DNA of 64,000 nucleotides from positions 4,903-68,902 of the forward strand of contig JAEEOC010000057.1 of assembly GCA_016284035.1 (NCBI GenBank), written 5' to 3'. Origin of the DNA: Dehalococcoidales bacterium (GTDB taxonomy: Bacteria > Chloroflexota > Dehalococcoidia > Dehalococcoidales > UBA1222). The position numbers were made by a program, and so were the translations under genes. Below, piece after piece: positions 1 to 10,500 of the stretch. A model generated the notes under the pieces. The model saw only the letters and a list, made by a program, of their open reading frames with translations, did not search any database and was not told the DNA's origin. How positions within the stretch are numbered: the first letter of the stretch is position 1; each line of letters starts with the position of its first letter.

Positions 1-183
1 AGCAGCACCGGCAGCAACTTCGACGGCACATTTTTCATTGGCTGACCACTCGACATAAACATCTTCAGGAGCTTCTTTAGCCAGGGTCTCCAGGACTTCC
101 GTGGAAGGAGTTCCGGGATAACCGGCCGCAACCTGAACGCCGGCCTTCAAAGCGCCGTACGCCAATGCCTGATTACCCATCAT
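1..183 (-). CDS. Indolepyruvate/2-oxoacid:ferredoxin oxidoreductase alpha subunit, N-terminal fragment (gene runs off the left edge)
   Basis: My own minus-strand translation from the ATG at 183 reads [51 protein letters not shown]... I associate the GYPGTPS(T/S)E motif with IorA-type TPP enzymes. It is absent from the ORF track because it has no stop in the window. Confidence 0.6.
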   Translation of the reverse strand, partial: MMGNQALAYGALKAGVQVAAGYPGTPSTEVLETLAKEAPEDVYVEWSANEKCAVEVAAGAA

Positions 184-216
184 GAGTTTATTTGACATAA
201 TATACCCCTCGGTTTA

Positions 217-1938
217 TTACGATTTCTTTTCTTTATGTAATGCAGATTTGATCGTCTGGATCAAGCCATTGACATATCGAAGCTTAACAAAACTGTATGC
301 GATATCCATCTGTGACTGCTGGACGGATCTGAAACTGTTGATCTCGTCCATTTCCGGTTTGAGAGCCAGCAGCTTTTCCTGATCTCCGGACTTCATGACA
401 TCAGCGATCTTTACTTCGAGCTCCTGCGTCATCCGGATGCGCTGGATCTGAGCCCTGGACAGCTCTTCTGTCAACTGTCCATGCTTTACTTGTACCTGCA
501 TGAGCCGAATGATGGCCTCATATGTCACATCTATGATGTCATCCCTTGTCATGAGGTCTGTCTCATAATTCAAGGCATAACGCCAGGACGGACCGGTCAA
601 TGCATTCCTGTAATCTTCAAGTGTTTTACGCAATAATCGGTATCCGTGTTTTTCCGGTTCTTCATATCCCATGGATCCTGGGTCAAGGAAAGGAGACAGC
701 GGCCCGATATAAGCAAATATACGCTTGTCACTGTTGAACTTTGTCCATAGCTCATCACAGTAATCAATAGTATCCAGGACGGACTGTTTCGATTGTTTAG
801 GAAGACCGATCATAAAGAAGACTTCGATTCGGCGGACGCCCATGTTCAAAGCATCTTCAAATGTCTTTTCCATGTCTTCATTCGAATAATTGATACCGGT
901 GGCAAGCCGGACCTTGGGATCATGCGAGTTCGGAGAGATATCTAAAGAATAATTCGGGATCGACTGCGCCATCTTCTTTACATAATCTGTCGGCATCGGT
1001 TTGAAGATCTCAAACATTATCTGGTTCTTGATCTTTTCTTTGCCGAGGCGGTCAAGGAGCTCCCAGGCAAAATCTTCGCCGGCCTGGCGGATATCGCTCT
1101 CGAGTGCGATCTGTCCGCGGGATATCTTACTGGTACGGACGATATCGTTCACGATGTCATCGACAGTACGGTAGGCTGTCTCTTTTCTCGACGAATGTTT
1201 CTGCATGGCATACTTGCTACCGCCGCAGAACACACAATACTGATCACATCCTCGACATGAGAAAACACACGTTTCCGGCTGTTTCAGCCAGCCATTGAAA
1301 GGGATGATGCTCTTAAAATCTTTAAACCTCAACACCTGCTTGATCATGCCTTCATAATGTTCGTGCATGACATTACTGATATCGGTAGGCGTATTCGACA
1401 TGGGATTATGAACTACTGTACCATCCGCCTTCTTCCAGGAAAGGTTTGGGATATCAGACACATCTCCTGACTGGTACTTTGAGACTAAAAGACGCATTGG
1501 TTCCTCGGTGGAGTCTCCGCTCAGTACATAATCTACAGTCGGGAGTCTGATAAGCTCATCTTTGAAATAAGATGCGCTGAAACCGCCCATGACGACTTTT
1601 GCATCAGGATGGTACTTCTTTATGATCTCGGTAAATGCGATCGAGCCGTTGGCATGGACAAGCCAGTGAAGATCAACACCAAAGAGCGGTGCATCTAATT
1701 TGCTGATGTACTTTTCAACATCAAAAGTCTTGCTCTCAACCATGCGGAGCGCCAGATTAATGATCCTGACTTTATACCCGGATCGTCCCAGATACTCCGC
1801 AAAGCTGGTGAAACCCATGGGATACATCTCAAAGGCAGGAGTCGATGGGACCAGGTCACTGACCGGCCCGTAAAGCTGCGGGAGTTTACGGAAATCGTAA
1901 ACATGAGGAGCATGGAGGAGTATCAAATCACAGCGCAT
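217..1938 (-). CDS. B12-binding-domain radical SAM enzyme (class B rSAM), substrate unknown
   Basis: 573-aa ORF. The N-terminus resembles a cobalamin-binding domain (LILLHAPHVYDF...VVMGGFSASY). A CxxxCxxC cluster motif is present (CDQYCVFCGG). It lies 34 nt upstream of the iorA-like gene on the same strand. Confidence 0.8.
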   Translation of the reverse strand: MRCDLILLHAPHVYDFRKLPQLYGPVSDLVPSTPAFEMYPMGFTSFAEYLGRSGYKVRIINLALRMVESKTFDVEKYISKLDAPLFGVDLHWLVHANGSIAFTEIIKKYHPDAKVVMGGFSASYFKDELIRLPTVDYVLSGDSTEEPMRLLVSKYQSGDVSDIPNLSWKKADGTVVHNPMSNTPTDISNVMHEHYEGMIKQVLRFKDFKSIIPFNGWLKQPETCVFSCRGCDQYCVFCGGSKYAMQKHSSRKETAYRTVDDIVNDIVRTSKISRGQIALESDIRQAGEDFAWELLDRLGKEKIKNQIMFEIFKPMPTDYVKKMAQSIPNYSLDISPNSHDPKVRLATGINYSNEDMEKTFEDALNMGVRRIEVFFMIGLPKQSKQSVLDTIDYCDELWTKFNSDKRIFAYIGPLSPFLDPGSMGYEEPEKHGYRLLRKTLEDYRNALTGPSWRYALNYETDLMTRDDIIDVTYEAIIRLMQVQVKHGQLTEELSRAQIQRIRMTQELEVKIADVMKSGDQEKLLALKPEMDEINSFRSVQQSQMDIAYSFVKLRYVNGLIQTIKSALHKEKKS

Positions 1939-1950
1939 AGTTTAATTATA

Positions 1951-1985
1951 CAAAAAGACCCGCAGAAAGGCTTTTCTGCAGGTCT
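1951..1985 (-). terminator. Intrinsic terminator after secG
   Basis: On the minus strand, a 13-bp stem (AGACCTGCAGAAA / TTTCTGCGGGTCT, one G-U pair) is followed by TTTTT. Confidence 0.6.
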
Positions 1986-2011
1986 TATCAGTTCAAAGTA
2001 ATTAAGAAGAA

Positions 2012-2233
2012 CTAGCTGATCTTGAGCATGACGATGGAAAGGATGATCAAGATGACGATCAGAATGATGGTCAGGTTGAACAAAAGCTTTTCAGTGCCGC
2101 GCTTGGTTCGATAAACACCGTCGCTCTGTCCGAAGATGCCGCCCAAACCGCCAGAGCCTTTGGCCTGGAAGATAAGGATCGCAATCACGGCAATAGAGAC
2201 AACGATCTGTGCAATCGCAAAGAATGTTACCAT
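2012..2233 (-). CDS. secG: Preprotein translocase subunit SecG
   Basis: 73 aa with two TM helices flanking a Gly-rich loop (KGSGGLGGIFGQS), which is the typical SecG layout. Confidence 0.85.
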   Translation of the reverse strand: MVTFFAIAQIVVSIAVIAILIFQAKGSGGLGGIFGQSDGVYRTKRGTEKLLFNLTIILIVILIILSIVMLKIS

Positions 2234-2235
2234 GT

Positions 2236-3708
2236 CTACAGTTCTCCTAATTTCTTTGTAATCATATCCATGACGAGATTTGCGTTAGCTCGTCCTTTAG
2301 TCAGTTTCATGACCTGTCCGACCAGGAATCTGGCGGACTGAGTCTTACCGGCCTTGTAGTCTGCTACGGCCTGAGGATTGGCGGCGATAGCATCGGCTAC
2401 GGCCTGATCGAGAGCACCTTCATCACTGATCTGGGCAAGGCCTTTCTCAGCAACGATATCCTTGGCGCTCTTGCCGGTCTTGTACATCTCATCTAAGACC
2501 TCTTTACCGGTATTAGCAGTGATGGTCTTGTTTGCAACAAGAGTGATGAGTCCGGACAGGCCTTTGACATCGACCTTCTCGGCGAAAGCTGCGATGTCAA
2601 TGGTCTCATTGTTCAGGATAGTGCTGACAGAGCCGATTACCCAGTTGGCCGCATCCTTCGATGTGGCAGGGGCCTCAAGGACTGATACCAGTTTCTCATA
2701 ATAATCTGCCATCTCACGAGTAGAGGTGAGCAGGGATGAATCATAGCTGGAAAGTGCATACTGTTCCATGAATCGGTCGCGTCGGGCGTCAGGAAGCTCA
2801 GGAAGCTTTGCTCTGACTTCTTCGACCCATTCGCGGGAAGGAGTAATAGGAGGGATATCCGGTTCAGGGAAGTATCGGTAATCGTTAGCTTCTTCTTTGC
2901 TTCGCTGGGAGACAGTCTTTCCTTCACCGTCCATCCAGCCGCGGGTCTCCTGGATGATTCGTTCGCCGGCAGCAAACATCTCGCGCTGTCGGATCTCTTC
3001 ATATGCCAGTGCCCTGAAAACACCTCGGAAACTGTTGATGTTCTTGACCTCGACCTTAGTGAGGAGCTTATCAGTTCCCTTGGGTCGGATCGAGATATTG
3101 GCATCACATCGGAAGCTTCCTTCCTCCATGGATGCATTGGAAACACCGGTGTACCAAAGGATGGATCGGAGTTTAACCAGATACTGGCGAGCCTCTTCGG
3201 GGCTGCGCATATCAGGTTCGCTCACGATCTCAAGGAGCGGCATGCCGGCTCGGTTGAAATCGATAACGGTATAAGCGGAAGAACCATGTCCATGGTGCGT
3301 CAGTTTACCTACATCCTCTTCCATGTGACATCTGTTGATACCAATCTTTCGGGTACCCTCTTCTGTATCAACAGTCAACCATCCGTGAGATCCGATAGGA
3401 AGATCATACTGGGAGATCTGATAACCCTTAACAAGGTCAGGATAGTTATAGTTCTTTCGATCAAACTTGGTGAACTCTGCTACATGACAATTGAGAGCGA
3501 GAGCCGTCATCATTGCATATTCGACAGCCTGTTTATTGACGGTCGGCAAAGACCCCGGCATACCAAGACATACTGGGCATACATGGGTATTAGGTGCGGC
3601 GTTGACATAGTCAGCATCGCATCGGCAGTACATCTTGCTCTTGGTTTTCAGCTGAGCGTGGACTTCTAAGCCAATAATAGTTTCGTAATCATCAAAATTG
3701 TATGACAT
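2236..3708 (-). CDS. gatB: Asp-tRNA(Asn)/Glu-tRNA(Gln) amidotransferase subunit B
   Basis: 490 aa with the N-terminus YETIIGLEVHAQLKTKSKMYC.C, a PVCLGMPGSLP motif and a C-terminal YqeY-like tail (GQVMKLTKGRANA). Confidence 0.95.
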   Translation of the reverse strand: MSYNFDDYETIIGLEVHAQLKTKSKMYCRCDADYVNAAPNTHVCPVCLGMPGSLPTVNKQAVEYAMMTALALNCHVAEFTKFDRKNYNYPDLVKGYQISQYDLPIGSHGWLTVDTEEGTRKIGINRCHMEEDVGKLTHHGHGSSAYTVIDFNRAGMPLLEIVSEPDMRSPEEARQYLVKLRSILWYTGVSNASMEEGSFRCDANISIRPKGTDKLLTKVEVKNINSFRGVFRALAYEEIRQREMFAAGERIIQETRGWMDGEGKTVSQRSKEEANDYRYFPEPDIPPITPSREWVEEVRAKLPELPDARRDRFMEQYALSSYDSSLLTSTREMADYYEKLVSVLEAPATSKDAANWVIGSVSTILNNETIDIAAFAEKVDVKGLSGLITLVANKTITANTGKEVLDEMYKTGKSAKDIVAEKGLAQISDEGALDQAVADAIAANPQAVADYKAGKTQSARFLVGQVMKLTKGRANANLVMDMITKKLGEL

Positions 3709-3789
3709 AACCTAGTAAGTATAGCAAGCAAGCGTGTGAGTAGCAAGAATAATATCTGAAATCAGGCTAAAGTTATTCACAGAATCGCG

Positions 3790-3819
3790 TTGACACCGTA
3801 TTTACGCTATAGCTAGAAT
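3790..3819 (+). promoter_or_regulatory. Candidate sigma70-type promoter for the 3847 gene
   Basis: TTGACA (3790-3795), an 18-nt spacer, then TAGAAT (3814-3819). Confidence 0.35.
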
Positions 3820-3846
3820 AATCGCTATATCTCTAAATACTAATGA

Positions 3847-6453
3847 ATGGTGAATAAAATGAAACTATCGTTTTCTACTCTGGGATGCCCAGATTTCAGC
3901 TGGGACAACATATTTGCGATGACGAAGGACCTTGGATTCGACGGAATCGAAGTCCGCGGTCTTGGCAACGACATCTTCTCCGTCAAAGCTCAGCCTTTCA
4001 CCAAAGCAGAGCTTAGCAACACCATTCGCAACCTTAGAGATGCCAATATCGAGATCTGCTGCCTTTCCAGCGGCACGAGCCTTAAATATCCCGAAAAGAC
4101 CCAACAGGCTATCGACGAGCTTACTCAGTATATCGAGCTGGCGGCAAAATTAGGCACGCCATATATTCGAGTGCTCGGCGACGAAAATGGTGTCGTCGAA
4201 GGGGAAGTCGACGACGAGCTGGTCCTTTCGACTTTGAAGAAACTGGCTCCTATCGCAGAAAAGAACAATGTCGTGCTGCTCGTTGAAACAAACGGCGTAT
4301 ATTCAGATACGAAACGTCTGTTTAATCTGCTGACCCGCGCCAGCAGCGATAATATCGCCGCACTTTGGGATATCCAGCATCCATATCGAAACTTCAACGA
4401 ATCCGTCGATACCACCATCCAAAATCTGGGCGGTTTCATCAAACACGTCCACATCAAGGATTCGGTCGTGATCGACGGCAAACTGGAATACCGCTTCATG
4501 GGCGAAGGCGACATGCCGATCGCTGAGATAATCGAAGCTCTCCGCTGCATCGATTACGACGGATATCTGTCCTTAGAATGGCTGAAACGTTGGATGCCCG
4601 AACTAGACAATGCCGGCGTGGTCTTCCCTGCATATATCAACTACATGTCTCAGTTCTTCCAGAAGGATGCTTCCGGCACTGAGGATGCCGCCGCATCCCG
4701 TCATCTCGACGTGGACCCCTCTCTCATGGCCAAAGAAGTCGGGGTCCTCTACGACAACAACGCCAAGACAGGTAAATACGTTTGGGAAAAGGAAAAACTG
4801 GTCGACTATACGTTCCCTCAGGTCCTCGACCGCATGGTCAAAGAATTCCCTGATCAAATCGCTTTCAAATATACCGAAATGGATTACACCAGGACCTACA
4901 AAGAATTCCGCGACGATGTCGACGAGTTCGCACGCACCCTCATCGCTTTAGGCGTGAGACCCGGTTCCCATGTCGCCATCTGGGCAACCAATGTCCCGGC
5001 CTGGTACATCTCTTTCTGGGCTACAACCAAGATCGGGGCCGTACTCGTTACCGTCAACACTCTATACAGGAACCATGAGATCGAATACCTTCTGAAACAA
5101 TCAGATACCCATACTTTGATCGCAATCAACGGATTCAAGGATATCGATTATCTGGGCATCATGGACCAGTTGAATCCGGAGCTGGCAACAGCAGAAGATC
5201 CGACAAACCTCCACCTGGCAAGACTTCCGTTCCTAAGGAACATCATCTCCGTCGATGGTCCTCACCCCGGCTGTATCAGCTGGGATGATGCACTGAAGAT
5301 GGGTAAATCCGTTCCCGTCGAGGAAGTCTATAAACGTGCAGCCAACATCAACAAGCATGATGTCTGCAACATGCAGTATACCTCCGGCACAACAGGTTTC
5401 CCCAAGGGCGTCATGCTCACTCATTTCAACGTAGTCAATAACGGCAAATGCATCGGCGACTGCATGGACCTGTCCACCGCGGACAGGATGATGATTCATG
5501 TCCCTATGTTCCACTGTTTCGGCATGGTCCTCGCCATGACAGCATGTGTCACCCACGGCGTCACCATGTGCCCAATCACAGCATTCTCACCAAGAAAGTC
5601 TCTGGCTTGTATCGACTCCGAAAAGATCACCGCTTTCCATGGCGTCCCTACCATGTTCATTGCCATGATGAGCCATGAGAACTTCTCCAAGACCGACTTC
5701 TCTCATATGCGAACCGGCATCATGGCAGGCTCGCCTTGTCCGATCCAGACCATGCAGGAAGTGGTGGACAAGATGCATATGACACAGATCTCCATCGTCT
5801 ATGGACAGACCGAAGCTTCTCCTGGCTGTACCCAGAGCCGCGTTTCCGACTCTCTCGAGAGACGAGTGAATACCGTCGGTACCAACCTGCCGGCCGTAGA
5901 ATGCAAGATCGTAAATCCCGAGACCAATGAGGAAGTACCCGATGGCACCATCGGTGAATTCGTCGCTCGCGGTTATAACATCATGAAAGGCTATTACAAG
6001 ATGCCTCAGGCCACGGCTGCCGCCATCGATAAGAACGGGTGGCTGCATACCGGCGACCTCGCCATGCGTGATAAAGACGGCTATTACAAGATCACCGGCC
6101 GAATCAAAGACATGGTCATCCGCGGCGGTGAAAATATCTATCCCAAAGAGATCGAAGACTTCATCTATACTTACCCCAAAGTCTCCGACGTCCAGATCGT
6201 CGGCGTTCCCGACGAACAATACGGCGAAGAATTACTTGCCTGTGTGATCCTTAAGGAAGGCGTCGAAGCAACTGAAGACGAGATCAAAGACTATGTCCGC
6301 GCCAACATGGCCAAACACAAAGTCCCTCGTTATGTCAGATTCGTCGATAGCTTCCCCATGAATGCCGCCGGCAAGATTCTTAAATTCAAGATGCGTGAAC
6401 AGGCTATCGATATGCTGGGCCTGCGTCACGCCAGCAATATCAAAACAGCATAA
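3847..6453 (+). CDS. Fusion protein: xylose-isomerase-like TIM barrel (sugar-phosphate isomerase/epimerase superfamily) + AMP-forming acyl-CoA synthetase/ligase
   Basis: Single 868-aa frame. Residues 5 to about 275 look like an AP-endonuclease-2/xylose-isomerase-like TIM barrel (LSFSTLGC...VLLVETNG...LSLEW). Residues from about 320 to 868 form a complete ANL enzyme (YTSGTTGFPKGVMLTH, GWLHTGD, RGGENIYPKEIE, AGKILKFKMRE). The start could also be the ATG at 3859. Confidence 0.85.
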   Translation: MVNKMKLSFSTLGCPDFSWDNIFAMTKDLGFDGIEVRGLGNDIFSVKAQPFTKAELSNTIRNLRDANIEICCLSSGTSLKYPEKTQQAIDELTQYIELAAKLGTPYIRVLGDENGVVEGEVDDELVLSTLKKLAPIAEKNNVVLLVETNGVYSDTKRLFNLLTRASSDNIAALWDIQHPYRNFNESVDTTIQNLGGFIKHVHIKDSVVIDGKLEYRFMGEGDMPIAEIIEALRCIDYDGYLSLEWLKRWMPELDNAGVVFPAYINYMSQFFQKDASGTEDAAASRHLDVDPSLMAKEVGVLYDNNAKTGKYVWEKEKLVDYTFPQVLDRMVKEFPDQIAFKYTEMDYTRTYKEFRDDVDEFARTLIALGVRPGSHVAIWATNVPAWYISFWATTKIGAVLVTVNTLYRNHEIEYLLKQSDTHTLIAINGFKDIDYLGIMDQLNPELATAEDPTNLHLARLPFLRNIISVDGPHPGCISWDDALKMGKSVPVEEVYKRAANINKHDVCNMQYTSGTTGFPKGVMLTHFNVVNNGKCIGDCMDLSTADRMMIHVPMFHCFGMVLAMTACVTHGVTMCPITAFSPRKSLACIDSEKITAFHGVPTMFIAMMSHENFSKTDFSHMRTGIMAGSPCPIQTMQEVVDKMHMTQISIVYGQTEASPGCTQSRVSDSLERRVNTVGTNLPAVECKIVNPETNEEVPDGTIGEFVARGYNIMKGYYKMPQATAAAIDKNGWLHTGDLAMRDKDGYYKITGRIKDMVIRGGENIYPKEIEDFIYTYPKVSDVQIVGVPDEQYGEELLACVILKEGVEATEDEIKDYVRANMAKHKVPRYVRFVDSFPMNAAGKILKFKMREQAIDMLGLRHASNIKTA

Positions 6454-6458
6454 TCGGG

Positions 6459-7292
6459 GTGAAGAAAATGGATACTAAAAGAATTTTAACGATTCAGGAC
6501 ATCTCCTGCGTCGGCCAGTGCTCATTGACAGTGGCGCTGCCGATCATTTCCGCATGCGGTGTCGAGACCTGCATCCTTCCGTCTGCAGTGCTTTCGACTC
6601 ATACCGCCGGGTTTACCGGTTTTACCGTACGAGACCTGGCAGATGATATGCCGGCCATCGAAAAGCACTGGGTCAAAGAGGGGATTTTCTTTGATGCCGT
6701 GTATACCGGTTACCTTGGCAGTAAAGAGCAGATCGATTACGTCTCCAGCATTATCAAAAACACCTGCAAAGGCCCTGCTATCATCGATCCGGCCATGGCA
6801 GACAACGGCAAACTCTATCCGGCATTTGATATGGCCTACGTCAATGAAATGAAAAAGCTCTGCTTCAGTGCCGATGTAGTGCTTCCCAATATCACAGAAG
6901 CATGCTTCCTGACCGGCGTCGAATACAAAGAAATCTACGATGAGTCTTACATCAAGGGCATCGTCAATGCTTTGCTTGCCAGCGGAGCCAAAGCGGTCGT
7001 TCTGACAGGTGTAGGCTATACTCCGGATACTACAGGTGTCGTCGTTGCAACCAAAGACAGCTACTATTACTACAGACATCATCGCTATGCAAAATCCTGT
7101 CACGGAACAGGCGACGTCTATGCATCCGCATTTGTCGGAGCCTACATGAACGGACGTTCTATGGAAGATGCTGCCAGGATTGCAGCTGACTTCACTGTCA
7201 AATGCATGGAGAACACACTCGATGACGCTTCTCACTGGTATGGTGTCAAATTTGAACCCATCCTTAAGCAGCTGTCACAGATGATCGGTTAA
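6459..7292 (+). CDS. pdxK: Pyridoxal/pyridoxamine kinase (ribokinase superfamily)
   Basis: 277 aa with ILTIQDISCVGQCSLTVALPI, YTGYLGS and the C-terminal GTGDVYASAF anion-hole motif. Starts at GTG 6459 or ATG 6468. Confidence 0.8.
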   Translation: MKKMDTKRILTIQDISCVGQCSLTVALPIISACGVETCILPSAVLSTHTAGFTGFTVRDLADDMPAIEKHWVKEGIFFDAVYTGYLGSKEQIDYVSSIIKNTCKGPAIIDPAMADNGKLYPAFDMAYVNEMKKLCFSADVVLPNITEACFLTGVEYKEIYDESYIKGIVNALLASGAKAVVLTGVGYTPDTTGVVVATKDSYYYYRHHRYAKSCHGTGDVYASAFVGAYMNGRSMEDAARIAADFTVKCMENTLDDASHWYGVKFEPILKQLSQMIG

Positions 7293-7352
7293 TTCTTTAT
7301 TCGGAATCATTTGGTAGATTAAGCCAAATTATGATAGTATAGCTATCTGCGT

Positions 7353-7444
7353 GGGGAGTTCGCATAGTGGTCTAGTGCGGTCGCCTGCTAAGCGATTACC
7401 AATAGAAATATTGGTCGAGGGTTCAAATCCCTCACTCCCCGCCA
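7353..7444 (+). tRNA. tRNA-Ser (anticodon GCU), CCA encoded
   Basis: Hand-folded. The acceptor stem is GGGGAGT/ACTCCCC and the anticodon arm is GTCGC-CTGCTAA-GCGAT. A long variable arm (ACCAATA/TATTGGT) and the T arm GAGGG-TTCAAAT-CCCTC follow, with discriminator G plus CCA. Confidence 0.9.
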
Positions 7445-7507
7445 TTCCGTTTCTTTGTGTCTTTATTTTTTTTATAAGCTATACTTTTAGTATCGCTTAG
7501 TTTCAGT

Positions 7508-10500
7508 TTGCTTATGAAGACTTATCGCGCTGGTATCGATGTAGGATCAACGACGGTTAAGCTCGTCATTCTCGGTGAAGATGACGAGATACTTTTTCAC
7601 GCCTATGACAGGCATCATGCCCATACCCAAAAGACACTGGCCGGGCTCCTCCAGCAGACCAAAGCTGCTTTAGGAGAATGTAGTCTTAAGATTGGCATCA
7701 CCGGTTCAGGTTCCATCAATCTGGCCAAATCTCTCGAGATCCAGTTCGTACAGGAAGTCGTAGCTGTTGCTACGGCATTAAAGAAGTATTATCCCCAGAC
7801 CGATGTGGCAATCGAGCTCGGCGGAGAAGACGCCAAGATCATCTATTTTAAGGGTGGTCTGGACGAGAGAATGAACGGAGTATGCGCCGGCGGAACAGGC
7901 TCGTTCATCGATCAGATGGCAGCACTCCTGCAGACCGATGCGGCAGGACTAAATGAAGCCGCCAAGGATTACAAAGAACACTATACCATCGCGGCCCGCT
8001 GCGGTGTCTTCGCTAAATCAGATATTCAACCTCTCATTAATGAAGGTGCAACACGTCCCGATCTGGCAGCATCCATCTTCCAATCAGTGGTCAACCAGAC
8101 CATCTCCGGTCTTGCCTGCGGTAAACCTATCAGGGGTTGTGTCGCTTTCCTGGGAGGACCCTTACACTTCCTGACTGAACTGAAGGCGGCTTTTATCAGG
8201 ACACTTAAACTTGGACCGGACGCTATCGTCGATCCCGAAAACTCCCATCTCTTTGCAGCCCTGGGAGCCGCTCTTGAAAATCCTTCTGAAAAAAGCTGCA
8301 ATATCGACGACCTCATCTCGACTCTCGAAAAAGGCGTTACGCTCGAATTTGAGATCAAAAGGCTTGCTCCGTTATTCGACAATGAAGCCGATTATGAAGC
8401 TTTCAAGCTTCGACATCAGCAGCACAAAGTGAAAAAGGCCGATATCTCCACTTACTCCGGTCCTTGCTTTCTGGGCATCGACGCCGGTTCCACCACGACC
8501 AAACTGGCCCTCATCGATCAGGACGGCAGTCTCTTATGGTCTTATTACGACAATAACCATGGCAGCCCTATAAAGACTACGATGGCGGCACTGGCTGACC
8601 TGAAAGCAGTCCTTCCTTCCGATTCCCAGATTGTCAGATCATGTTCTACAGGCTATGGCGAAGCACTCCTCAAAGCCGCGTTCCGTCTGGATGAAGGTGA
8701 AGTCGAAACAGTGGCACACTGCGTGGCAGCTGAATTCTTCGATCCCAATGTCGACTGTGTACTCGATATCGGCGGGCAGGACATGAAATGCATACGCTTG
8801 AAAAACCATACCGTCGACAGTGTGATGCTGAACGAGGCATGTTCTTCAGGATGCGGATCCTTCATCGAGAATTTTGCCAATTCCCTCAATTATTCCGCAG
8901 CCGGATTTGCTAAGGAAGCGTTGTATGCAAAGCACCCCGTCGATCTAGGGACCCGCTGCACCGTATTTATGAACTCAAACGTCAAACAGGCGCAAAAAGA
9001 AGGTGCGACCATTTCCGATATCTCGGCAGGTCTTGCATACTCTGTTATCAAGAACGCCCTGTTCAAAGTGATCAAACTGTCCAGTGCTAAAGACCTTGGT
9101 TCACACATCGTTGTCCAGGGTGGAACATTCTATAACCACGCCGTTCTGAGAGCCTTTGAAAAGATCTCTGATGTAGAAGTGATCTGTCCGGACATCTCCG
9201 GCATCATGGGTGCTTTTGGCGCCGCTCTTATCGCACGCCGTCATTACACTGGACAATGCACCACCATGATGACTTTCGACCAGGTCCAGGAACTGACCTA
9301 TGACACCAAAACTACCCGCTGCGGAGGATGTGAGAACAACTGTATCCTGACCATCAATATCTTCTCGGGCGACCGCCGCTACATTTCCGGCAACCGCTGC
9401 GAAAAGGTCGTCAAGAACAGCTCCATCGTAGAACCGGGCCCCAACCTCGTTGAATTCAAGAAGAACCGCATCTTCGATTATGAATCACTTTCCGAGGAGG
9501 AGGCCCCCCGCGGAATCATCGGCATCCCCAGAGTTCTCAATATCTACGAAAACTATCCGTTCTGGGCCACGTTCTTCAAAGAATTGGGTTTCAGGGTCAT
9601 CCTTTCCCCCTTCTCGACCCGCAATATATATGAACTCGGCATGGAATCAATACCGTCAGAATCCGAATGTTATCCTGCCAAGATCTCCCACGGTCACGTC
9701 CAGTGGCTGATCAACAGCGGTATAAAGACCATCTTCTATCCATGCGTCTTTTACGAGTTCCAGGAGACACCGGATGCCCAAAACCACTATAACTGCCCCA
9801 TGGTCGTAGCTTATCCCGAGAACATCAAAAACAATGTTGAAGATATCTCGGCGGAAAACATCCGTTTCATCCGTCCGTTCATTGCGCTCACCAGCGAAAA
9901 GACTGCCTCTGACAGATTAGAGATGCTGTGTGCAAAGGAATGGGGCATCCCAGCATCCGAGGTACAGAAGGCCGTACACGCAGCATGGATCGAGCAGCGA
10001 AAAGCTAAAGACGACATCCGTGAAGAAGGCACTCGTCTGCTTAAGGAAATGGAAGAGAAGCATAAGAAAGGCATCGTACTGGCGGGCCGCCCGTATCATG
10101 TCGATCCTGAGATCAACCACGGTATTCCCGAACTGATCTCATCTTACGGCTTCTATGTTTTCTCCGAAGACAGTCTCCCTCTGCAGGAAAGGCCGGAACG
10201 TCCCATCAGGGTCGTGGATCAGTGGGTATTCCATTCACGACTGTATGCAGCTGCCGAATTCGTAACTAACAGAGACGATCTTGAGCTCATACAGACATTC
10301 TCTTTCGGGTGCGGTCTTGACGCGGTCACGACTGACCAGGTCAGCGAGATCCTTGAAAAATCCAATAAGCTTTATACCCTCCTGAAGATCGACGAAGTAA
10401 ACAACCTTGGGGCTGCCAGGATCCGCATCAGAAGTCTTTTAGCCGCCATCAAGATGCGCGAAGAGGAAAATATCAAAGCCAAACCGACCTCTATCGCATA

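Noticed and set aside
5587-7235. Long antisense ORFs of 210 aa (5587-6219) and 237 aa (6522-7235).
   Set aside because: Both lie opposite well-supported genes and show no recognisable motifs. The same applies to the antisense ORFs at 17711-18448, 34472-35119, 37873-38454, 38977-39516, 48086-48583, 50374-51057, 51493-51975, 55450-55944 and 63063-63470. Antisense frames depleted in stop codons are a compositional artefact.
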